Both the position numbers and the translations under genes were made by a program. Positions 52,066-64,000 of a stretch of DNA of 64,000 nucleotides are shown here, piece by piece. The stretch is from Octopus sinensis (lineage: Eukaryota). The notes below the pieces were generated by a model. It was not told the origin of the DNA and did not search any database. It saw only the letters and a list, made by a program, of their open reading frames with translations. Where the stretch lies: positions 12,338,001 through 12,402,000 of the forward strand of contig NC_043017.1 of assembly GCF_006345805.1 (NCBI RefSeq), read 5' to 3'. How positions within the stretch are numbered: the stretch's first letter is position 1; each line of letters opens with the position of its first letter.

Positions 52066-52770
52066 TGCAGCATGTCGTTACCTGTTATAAATGGCTAGAT
52101 AAACAACGTCTATGATCAAAAGCTTTCCAACAGTGGTCATCCCATTTTTTCCTATTAGATCACATTATCCAGAGCGGCCTTTTCTAACAATATGCTAAGT
52201 TATTCATTCGAGTGAGGCGTGGCTACTATTTCTGAAGCAGGTCGATACCTCTTATCAATGGCTAGATTCAACATGTATTTTTAGTTGGGCGGCAGATCGA
52301 AACAAAATTACTCTGTCCTACAAAAATAGATTACTCTGTTTTTTATTATCACCATTATTATTTATATTTATTTTTATCTTTTTATTTGCATTCTGTTTCA
52401 TTGTGTCACATGACTACGCTTCATTTACGGTTCCACCCACACCATTCTTCAATTTGTGTTATCTTTAGTGTACCATAGTTTCATTAGCAAATGCTTTTCG
52501 TTCGATACTAAATGCTTTCGTCACAGTTCTCGATGGCCGCTTATCGCTTTAGTAATTATGTTCAGCCATTGTTATTACAAGCCTGTTTATCTGCTGTAGT
52601 TGCTGTCTTCACAGTTGATCGTCACTTTTAAACATGTCTCTTTGTTTAGAGCCGACCTGAGGCCTAAGCAATAAAAATAACAGCAGCAGCAGCAACAACA
52701 ACCGCCTGACCATCGAGAGACGTCCCTTCCATAAGAAGCATTAAGAGTATACGCTCCAACATAACCAGGC

Positions 52771-53400
52771 GGTAGCCGGGGCAAGACACGACAGTCAGGC
52801 GGTAGCCGGGGCAAGACACGACAGTCAGACGGTAGCCGGGGCAAGACTCGACAGTCAGACGGTAGCCGGGGCAAGACACGACAGTCAGACGGTAGCCGGG
52901 GCAAGACACGACAGTCAGACGGTAGCCGGGGCAAGACACGACAGTCAGACGGTAGCCGAGGCAAGACACGACAGTCAGACGGTAGCCGGAGCAAGACACG
53001 ACAGTCAGACGGTAGCCGGGGCAAGACACGACAGTCAGACGGTAGCCGGGGCAAGACACGACAGTCAGACGGTAGCCGGGGCAAGACACGACAGTCAGAC
53101 GGTAGCCGGGGCAAGACACGACAGTCACACAGTAGCCGGAGCAAGACACGACAGTGAGACGGTAGCCGGGGCAAGACACGACAGTCAGACGGTAGCCGGG
53201 GCAAGACAGGACAGTCAGACGGTAGCCGGGGCAAGACAGGACAGTCAGACGGTAGCCGGGGCAAGACACGACAGTCAGACGGTAGCCGGGGCAAGACACG
53301 ACAGTCAGACGGTAGCCGGGGCAAGACACGACAGTCAGACGGTAGCTGGAGCAAGACACGACAGTCAGACGGTAGCCGGGGCAAGACACGACAGTCAGAC
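52771..53400 (+). repeat. 30-bp minisatellite, 21 units
   Basis: GGTAGCCGGGGCAAGACACGACAGTCAGAC units, no spacers. Confidence 0.95.
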
Positions 53401-53410
53401 GGTAGTAGAA

Positions 53411-53500
53411 ACGGCGAGCTGGCAGAAACGTTTAGCACGCCGGGCGAAATGCGTAGCCGTATTTCGTCTGCCGTTACGTTCTGAGTTCAAATTCCGCCGA
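53411..53500 (+). mobile_element. SINE family B 5' fragment
   Basis: GGCGAGCTGGCAGAAACG head. Confidence 0.8.
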
Positions 53501-53757
53501 GGAATATTTTTCTTGTTTTTTAGAGATACTTTACGTACAAAAATAAACTTTGCTTGTTCTCAGACCCGCTTTCATTACCGGTAATACTTCTGTAAGCATC
53601 GACTAATCAGTGGCCCACAGAGGACCCGAAGCCACTGGGCAAAATTTTACAAGGCTGAATAAGACTGCTTTGGGACCCCTGGCAGAGCCTTTCGAAACTC
53701 AAGTAGCTTTAAGGGTTTCTTTATTATTATCATTATTTAAAATTTTTATTTACTATT

Positions 53758-54167
53758 TTACTCTTTTATTTGTTTCAGTCATTTGACTGCGGCCATGCTG
53801 GAGCACCGCCTTTAGTCGAGCAAATCGACCCCGGGACTTATTCTTTGTAAGCTCAGTACTTATTCTATCGGTCTCTTTCGCCGAACCGCTAAGTGACGGG
53901 GACGTAAACACACCAGCATCGGTTGTCAAGCAATGCTAGGGGGACAGACACACACACACAAACACACACATACATACATATATATATATACATACATATA
54001 TACGACAGGCTTCTTTCAGTTTCCGTCTACCAAATCCACTCACAAGGCATTGGTCGGCCCGGGGCTATAGCAGAAGACACTTGCCCTTGATGCCACGTAG
54101 TGGGACTGAACCCGGAACCATGTGGTTGGTTAGCAAGCTACTTACCACACAGCCACTCCTGCGCCTA
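53758..54167 (-). mobile_element. SINE family A, full length
   Basis: Complete match. Confidence 0.9.
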
Positions 54168-54521
54168 GTTTAGTTATTTATATTTACTATTTTTTAGGGG
54201 TTGTATTGGCTGAACCTCTCGCCTATCTTATCGGCCGCTAAGCATTTTGCTCGGCGTGCTAAAGATTCTGCCAGCTCGCCGCCTTCATCGTGCTATATAT
54301 TGCCCTCAAAGATGGCTTTCCTCTTCAGAACTGGTTGGTTTTGAATTGCCATCAACGTTTCTATAACTTTGCTTTTCTTTTCTCTAGGTAAGCGCGTTGA
54401 CCCCATGCAAACCCATGCAAACCCAGAGCTGGCCTATACTAGTCTGACCTCTATCCTTTGACTTATCCACCATGGCAGGCCTTTCAAGGAGCTTGCGTTC
54501 CGCTACCATAACTGTCAAACC

Positions 54522-54748
54522 TATTTCTTTAATACCCACAAGGGGCTAAACACAGAGGGGACAAACAAAGACAGACAAACGGATTAAGTCGATTATAACG
54601 ACCCCAGTGCGTAACTGGTACTTATTTAATCGACCCCGAAAGGATGAAAGGCAAAGTCGACCTCGGCGGAATTTGAACTCAGAACGTAGCGACAAACGAA
54701 ATACCGCTTAGCATTTCGCCCGACGTGCTAACGCTTCTGCCAGTTCAC
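54522..54748 (-). mobile_element. SINE family B
   Basis: TSD CGCTACCATAACTGTCAAACC at 54501-54521 and 54749-54769. Confidence 0.9.
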
Positions 54749-55159
54749 CGCTACCATAACTGTCAAACCACTGCACAGCACATCTGTGATCAAAGGTGCT
54801 CCAACCGCGAATATGTCAGCTTTTTTTTCCTTTTTATATTCAGTCATAATGTATCTATGACTACTTTATAGAACCTTCTTCCTTTTGTTTTAAAACAAGG
54901 AAGATTGATTCAATTTGAGAGAGATTTGACAGCAAATGTAGGCAGAAAGAACAACTGCGAAGAGAAAAACTCCTCACACCGACATCCGCCTTCAATTGGC
55001 TCATCGATATTCATGAGTTTATTGGGTCCATCGAGTCTCTGAGTTCGAATCCTAGCTGATCTTTGATTAAACATAATTATCGATAAACAATACGTGATTC
55101 CCTTGGTTCTACTTCACCATCGCCTGAGCCATCTACTTCAGCACACACGTATACAAATA

Positions 55160-55191
<32 letters not shown>

Positions 55192-55829
55192 TACACACAC
55201 ACACATATACTCACACATACATGAACTCATACACGCATACGTACACATATACACACACACACAAACACTTGCACAAACGAACACACACACAAACATATAT
55301 ATACACACATACACAAACACACATACACATACGCACACAAATACACACATACTCACATACCTACACACATCAACACTCATGCACTTGGACATCTGACCTT
55401 GCGATCAGAACAGAAATCGATATATCTTCGTTTGATATTAGTTTGATTAGATTCTGTTTTTTTTTTTTTTTTTTTTTGTTTGTTTTTTTTGTTTTCCTTT
55501 CTGTGTTTTTTGTCTTCTTTTTATATTGTCTGGATTAATTAATTTATATATTGATCGATCTGAAAAAATCTATAATTTGACCTCATCAATTTGACCTCGT
55601 TATTCCTCTAGTTGGTCTTTTCTGACCTCGCTCTACGACTCTATGTATGTGCGTCTGTGTGTGCGTCTGTGTGTTTGTCGGTGTGTGCGTGTGTATTTTG
55701 TAATGACTCTGACACACACACACATACATATACGAAGATACACACACACACACATGCATATGCGCGTGTGTGCGTAAATATATGTGTGTATATAAAGCAC
55801 CTATATATAAATACATATGTAAGTATATA

Positions 55830-57470
<1,641 letters not shown>

Positions 57471-57744
57471 TGTCCAGCCCATTAATTAGGTTTTTTCCTA
57501 GGATTTGGCCAAAACTCAAACAGCAACTATAAAAAAAAAACCAGCTGCGAGGCAAAAAACCTCAACACTTCGGTTTTGATTGTTATATAAAGTCATGTTC
57601 ATCGTTTGTAACATGACAATCATCAAGCAGAAGTAGTCATCATCGTCATCGTCATCATCGTCTTCATCGGTATCATCGTCATCGTCATCGTCAGCAGCAG
57701 CAGCAGCGCCAGCCGTCGCCATCATAGTCGTCGTTGCCATGGTC

Positions 57745-57797
<53 letters not shown>

Positions 57798-58309
57798 AAC
57801 CGTCATCGTCGTCGCTATCATCATCAATCTCTTCATCACCATTATCATCATCATCATCGTCGTCGTCGTCATCATCACCATCGTCGTCGTCGTTATCGTT
57901 ATTGTCATCACCCTGACCTCCATCGTCATCGTCATCACCAGCACCATCATCAGCAGCCGCGCCAGCTGTCGCCATCATAGTCGTCGTTGCCATGGTCAAT
58001 ATCATCATCATTATCATCATCGTCGTCTCTATCATCATCACTCTCTTCATCACCATTATCATCATCGCCATCGTCGTCATCGTTATCGTTATTGTCATCA
58101 TCCTCATCTCCATCGTCGTCGTCGTCTTTGTCGTCTTCCGCATCATCGTCGCCGCTGCCGTCCTCAGCATTCTCTTTCTTTCACCGTGCCTTCTCGTGTT
58201 CTTTGTCCACAGCTAAACATTCAGCTTTAACAAGAAACAATAGAACAACCAACTGCACTGGTTGAGTTAGATGTTATAACAATAAAAAATATTGATTTCA
58301 AATTTTAGC

Positions 58310-59220
58310 ACACGGCCAGCAAGTTTGGGGAGGGGATAAGTCGTTTACATCAACCCCAGTGTTCAGCTGGTACTTATTTTATCGACCCCGGAAAGATGAA
58401 AGGCAAAAAACAGAAAATCAAACTCGGCGGAGTTTGAACTCAGAAAGTGGAGACGGGCGAAATACCTATTTCTTTACTGCCCACAAGTGGCTAAACACAG
58501 AAGGGACAAACAAGGATAGACAAACAGATTAAGTCGATTATATCGACCCCAGTGCGTAACTGGTACTTATTTAATCGACCCCGAAAGGATGAAAGGCAAA
58601 GTCGACCTCGGCGGAATTTGATCTCAGAACGTAGCAGCAGACGAAATACCTATTTCTTTACTGCCCACAAGGGTCTAAACGCAGAAGCGACAAACAAGGA
58701 CAGACAAACAGATTAAGTCGATTATATCGACCCCAGTGCGTAACTGGTACTTATTTAATCGACCCCGAAAGGATGAAAGGCAAAGTCGACCTCGGCAGAA
58801 TTTGAAATCAGAACGTAGCAGCAGACGAAATACCCATTTCTTTACTACCCACAAGGGTCTAAACGCAGAAGCGACAAACAAGGACAGACAAACGGATTAA
58901 GTCGATTATATCGACCCCAGTAACTGGTACTTATTTAATCGACCATGAAGGGATGAAAGGCAAAGTCGACCTCGGCAGAATTTGAACTCAGAACGTAGCA
59001 GCAGACGAAATACCCATTTCTTTACTGCCCACAAGGGTCTAAACGCAGAAGCGACAAACAAGGACAGACAAACGGATTAAGTCGATTATATCGACCCCAG
59101 TAACTGGTACTTATTTAATCGACCACGAAGGGATGAAAGGCAAAGTCGACCTCGGCAGAATTTGAACTCAGAAAGTAGAGACGGGCGAAACGCCGCTAAG
59201 CATTTTACTCGGCGTTAACG
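58310..59220 (-). mobile_element. SINE family B tandem multimer (about four ~185-bp bodies)
   Basis: Repeat starts near 58464, 58649, 58833, 59013. Confidence 0.9.
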
Positions 59221-59357
59221 ATTCTACAAATTTGTTGCCGTATAACTATAAAAAATAATTAAACGATAAAAGACGGTTGTGATCATCACCGGAATGTCTT
59301 TGACCACAGGCCTGTTTGACTAGGTATGTTCCTACACCCCAAGGATGTAGGACTAAG

Positions 59358-59799
59358 GGATCTTTTCGGTTTGAACGGCAGTTTTTTCTAGCTGTGCCAT
59401 ATGAAATTGTCACCCATAATTATGACCCTAGTATCGATCTATTGCATTTCAATCTGTTTTAGGGTTTGGGTTAGAGTTAGGGTTTGGGTTAGGGTTAGGG
59501 GTGGGGGGAGGGTATCTTTTTTTCTTCACAAATGTAAATAAACCCAATCTGTTTCTTAAACGAGGGACATATTCATACGGCACAGAATGATTTTTACCTC
59601 AATAGACATCAGTGATTGGTTGAAATTGCAGAAATTGAAGAAAAAAACAACAAATATCTTACAAACTATAGAATTTTCTCAATAAAGCCAAGAGAAAAAA
59701 ATGTTTTATAAACACATTCTACCAGTATACGAAGTTTAAAAGTGTTTAGTTACGTGGAAATTATTTTTAAAAAAACTGCCGTTCAAACCGAAAAGATCC
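59358..59799. mobile_element. 442-bp MITE with 29-bp TIRs and 8-bp TSD (Merlin-like)
   Basis: TIR GGATCTTTTCGGTTTGAACGGCAGTTTTT; TSD GGACTAAG at 59350-59357 and 59800-59807. Confidence 0.85.
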
Positions 59800-59963
59800 G
59801 GACTAAGTAGACCGGGGCAACATGAATTAATGTGTTTTGCGCAGGAGCATAACACGCTGCCCAGTCCGCGAATCGAAATCACAATCGTAAGAGCAACGCC
59901 CTAACCATTAAGCAAGGCGCCTTCGCGTGACAAACAACATAAAACACAAATAAAGAATGAAAA

Positions 59964-60474
59964 TCTCTATATATAAAACTGTAGTTGTGTGAGTGTCTGT
60001 CCCCTTCGATTTAGATTCCTAACTACTCCCACATTTTGTGGTGCAGTTTAACCAAAACCGGGTATCTTATAGTCGTGATTCATATCGAGTCTGGGTATTA
60101 GCGCGCGTCTACGATGAGTCTACGATTTTAAAAATAATTTAACATCATTTTTTATTCCATTTTAATGCATAATTTTTCGTGTGTCGATGGCGGTGGAGTT
60201 GGCGTCCACGCTCAAACACCTGCACCTGTTTGCTTCTCTCCCTTCTTCCCTCCCTCGTGAAGCTGTGGGGAAGGGAGTGTAAGGAAATCAACGTCGTAAA
60301 GCGTTGTCAAGGAGACCAGCGTTCTTTTAGAACAACGACTTCATGGCTTGAAGACACCAAAACAGAAATGGCTAAGAAAGCCCAAATTGGCATCTATAAG
60401 GGAAGTAACTCTCTAAAAATGCTTATATAGTTATTTCCCTTACAAACCCGAGCAACGCCGGGCGATACTGCTGG
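59964..60474 (+). mobile_element. Non-autonomous Helitron
   Basis: TC start, same 3' hairpin, CTGG|T end. Confidence 0.85.
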
Positions 60475-60851
60475 TAGTAGATAGAAGAAACAAAAAAACA
60501 ACCTACCCGCGGTGCCGTGCAATGACAGCGAACACGAAACCACCAGTTGCCGAAACGAACTTTTTGAACCACTCATTCATGACTCTGCTTATAACATACT
60601 TTATTTACCAATATTTTAATTAACCAATTTTCCTTCTCATATTTTATTAAGCAATTCTGAAGTTGGCCGTCTTTAGCATCCAACAGAACCTGTTTTAGAA
60701 CACACGATTGTGTAAGCCTGCGATATAAATAAATGCAGAGAAGCAATATGCATCGAAAGTAATTATACGTTTGTTGTTTTTCGCACGTATTTTCTTCCTG
60801 AATGGGTTGTTTCAATGATTATTTTGATTGTGACTATATATTCTATTCTAT

Positions 60852-61084
60852 AAGGCGGTGAGCTGGCAGAACCGTTAGCACGTCGGGCGAAATGCGTAGC
60901 TGTATTTCGTCTGCCGTTACGTTCTGAGTTCAAATTCAGCCGAGGTCGACTTTGCCTTTCATCCTTTTGGGGTCGATAAATTAAGTACCAGTTACGCACT
61001 GGGGTCGATATAATCGACTTAATCCGTTTGTCTGTCCTTGTTTGTCCCCTCTGTGTTTAGCCCCTTGTGGGTAGTAAAGAAATA
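60852..61084 (+). mobile_element. SINE family B
   Basis: TSD TATATATTCTATTCTAT at 60835-60851 and 61085-61101. Confidence 0.9.
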
Positions 61085-61109
61085 TATATATTCTATTCTA
61101 TTTGATTAT

Positions 61110-61572
61110 CGTGGAGGCACAATGGCCCAGTGGTTTCGATCCCAGACCGGGCGTTGTGAGTGTTTATTGAGCGAAAAACACCTTAAGTTCCACGAGGTTC
61201 CGGCAGGGGATGGTGGTGAACCCTGCTGTACTCTTTCACCACAACTTTCTCTCACTCTTTCTTCTTGTTACTGCTGTATCTGTATTTCAAAGGGTCAGCC
61301 TTGTCACACTCTGTGTCACGCTCAACCTCCCCGAGAATCTCCACGTGTCTGTGAAATGCTCGGCCACTTGCACGTTAATAAATGAGCTGCGATGTCACTG
61401 GTGCCAAGCTGTATCTGCCTTTGCCTTTCCCTTGGATAACATCGGTGACGTGGAGAGGGGAGGCTGGTATGAGTGGGTGTCTGCTGGTCTTCCATAAACA
61501 ACCTTGCTCAGACTTGTGCTTCGGAGGGACCATGTGGTTGGTAAGCAAGCCATTACCACACAGCCACTCCTG
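61110..61572 (+). mobile_element. Composite of SINE C, SINE D body and inverted SINE A head fragments
   Basis: Sequential matches to the three families. Confidence 0.7.
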
Positions 61573-61798
61573 TCCTTCTTTGCGTTTCTTACTGTGAAAA
61601 ATATTTGAGTAATTATTCTCTGAACACATCCAAATATACACCACGTAAATCTGTGGGGCCTTTTGGTTAGGCTTTGAAAAGTAGCGGGCTTTTAAACCCT
61701 AAGTTACAGCATTAGGTTCTTAATCTGGACAGCAAGATCTTTCGTACTATGCAGTGATGACTAGTCCGGTAAAAAGACGTGCAATGATATTTTAAATT

Positions 61799-62157
61799 TC
61801 TCTATATATAAAGCTGAAGTTGTCTGTGTATGACAGGTTTGGTAGCCTTCAACTGACACTATCTCCTCCGAGACCCTGCGGCGCAAGTTGACCAAAATTG
61901 AGAGTATGATAGAAGAAGGCTTGCTCTTCCTTTCGTAGAAGAAAAAATTCAAATCGGACCATGTTAACACCAAAAATTATTTACATCAAAAAGGTGCTTT
62001 TTTTCTATGAAAACCCCCATTTTTTACGATTTTTTTTACTGCTGTGTCGCCATTTTTCGGTGTATTTCAACCAGAAAAATGCAAAATTTTTACTTTTCAA
62101 AAATTCCAATTCTAAAGGGTCGAAACAAACCCGAGCAACGCCGGGCGATACTGCTAG
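61799..62157 (+). mobile_element. Non-autonomous Helitron with a different internal sequence
   Basis: TCTCTATATATAAAG start; identical 3' hairpin and CTAG|T. Confidence 0.8.
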
Positions 62158-63488
62158 TAGTTAAATAAATTAGTTGAATTAAATTTTTTTAATAAAAAGG
62201 CATTACACTTTGAATTAAATTTTTTTATAAAAAGGCATTACACTAACATTCACCCTTAAACTGTTAATGTCTTGCATATTTTTATTTTTGTGCTGAATGA
62301 ACGACGCAACTACGTTCTTTATGCAAAGTCGTATTTTCGTTCGGACGGGTTTCGTCGAGACGGATTTTGTTCAGACGGGTTTCGTTCAGACATGTTCTGT
62401 TCCTCCAGGAATAAAGGGTAGTAATAATAATGGTTCGTGTACATGCGCACGTACGTACGGACGTACGTATGTATATATGTATATATGTATGTATTATTTT
62501 AGCGTCGGTTTAGTATTTCCAGTTGTATTTGTCGTTTGTTGCTGATTGATTATTATTTAACTTCAGATCACTACAGATCGAAGAGACATTATTGATCAAA
62601 GATATTTCAATCCTGACCATGCCACTGTTTTCTTTTGATGAAGGTGGTGGCCGTGGAAGTCGTCGTGGTAGTAGTGACCGTCGTGGCGTTGCTGTTGTTG
62701 TTGTTGTTGCTGGTGGTGGTGATGGTGGTGGTGTTCGTCGCCATCGTCGTCATGGTAGGGGTAGGAGCTCAGGCTTTCTTGTAACGTTGTTCCTTTATTT
62801 TTGTTTGGTATCATCTATTGATGGATTGATTCCTTCTTTTGTTGCTGCTGTTGCGGAGTTCTTGGCATTCAAGAGAATTAAGGAATTGGTTTTGGTTTTG
62901 AGATGCGTGGGTGTGTATGTATGCGTGTGTGATATGAATGTGTGTATATGCATGTGTAATGTGATGTGACATGTATATGATGAGACGTGTGTGTGTGTGT
63001 GTTTGTGCGTGATGTGAAATGTGTGTGATGTAATATGATATGTATGCGTAGGATGTGAAGTGTGCATGTATGTGTGCGCGTGTATTATGTGATGTGAAAT
63101 GTGTGTGCATGTGTATGTGTGATTCGTGCAGTAAAGTTAGTCTTTTGTCTCTGTAAGTGTTGGATGTGTTGTGTTTGTTGCTGCTTCTATTTAACCACAG
63201 GCCATCCCTAATCGAAAAGATATTTGCAATCAAAACCATTTCAACCACGTCCCTTCTATTAATTTATTTCAGAGGTTATTCTGTTCGTGGTATCCTTCCT
63301 TTGGTGTAATTTGGGGGAAGATTTCGCTTCTATTTCTATCTGGAATCTTTCTGTTAGAACGCAAAGAGACAGAACATACCGTCTTTGCCGACGTATAGGA
63401 CACACCCCTATTTTTACAAAACAAATTTATCATACACTTACTGGAAGATATTTTAAACTGGTTCCTAAGAGGGGGATGTTACACATTC

Positions 63489-63519
<31 letters not shown>

Positions 63520-63524
63520 TGTGT

Positions 63525-63830
63525 ACAGTGCTCAGGTGCACTACAACTCATCTAAAGTGTATATATAATCAGGTGTAGTTTCGGCGGATTTCGGAAAGCA
63601 TGAGGGCCTTAAAGGATGCAGTGTCATGGCAGTCAACAACTGACGCAGGCAGTTTATTCAATGCTTCAGCAACTCTGAGCGTGAAAAAATGTTTCCGAAA
63701 GTCATGGGAGCTGTGTTGTTTTCTGACTTTGTAGGCATGTCCACGTGTGTTGGACACATGGAGATCAAAAAGGTGTATACGTAGGTATACGTATGTAGAA
63801 TACATCCCCACTATTGGCACTATTTTGTTA
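63525..63830 (-). mobile_element. CR1/L2-type LINE 3' end
   Basis: TRGHAYKVRKQHSSHDFRKHFFTLRVAEALNKLPASVV...FK* plus short UTR and (ATT)n tail. Confidence 0.85.
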
Positions 63831-64000
63831 GTAAACAGTATGAGCTACGTCTAAGGGGATACACACAACGCGTATCACTCGGCTGTATGTTGAGAGTTCG
63901 CTAAACAGGTTAAGCAAAATAAACACGTAAAACAATAACAATGCCTTCATTGAGTTGTCTATCATCCCATCAAGAAAGAAACAATGCATAACAGGGGATA

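Noticed and set aside
52771-53400. CRISPR array, or the 283-aa and 241-aa repeat ORFs
   Set aside because: Units abut with no unique spacers and the context is eukaryotic; the ORFs are stop-free readings of a 30-bp unit
59458-59508. Telomere or interstitial telomeric site
   Set aside because: A few imperfect TTAGGG units internal to a MITE

Overview
AT-rich eukaryotic DNA dense in microsatellites and transposons. The SINE families and repeat style suggest an octopus or other coleoid cephalopod (inferred, not searched). There is one 100-N gap (38042-38141), and near-identical repeats often differ by 1-bp indels, so some frameshifts may be consensus errors. The only clear host-type genes are three minus-strand paralogues of an unrecognised ~305-aa single-ORF gene: 2518-3438 and 10347-11258 are intact, while 33783-35134 is frameshifted and fused in frame to an L1/Tx1 retrotransposon C-terminus. 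They lie in local segmental duplications. Their motifs (YLCHGT..AIEREGL, TWFHL, REVMY, WDxxxFAF) suggest an ADP-ribosyltransferase-like fold (inference). The second main signal is a set of (TA)n-embedded fold-back elements, each an inverted repeat plus a one-sided tail, with hammerhead or hammerhead-like motifs in the arm next to the tail. This matches the architecture of Penelope-like elements. The rest comprises mariner, Merlin, Helitron, Gypsy, CR1, Tx1 and RLE-type (R4/Dong-like) remnants, four tRNA-derived SINE families, minisatellites and a few low-confidence exon or promoter candidates. No rRNA, intact tRNA gene or CRISPR array is supported.
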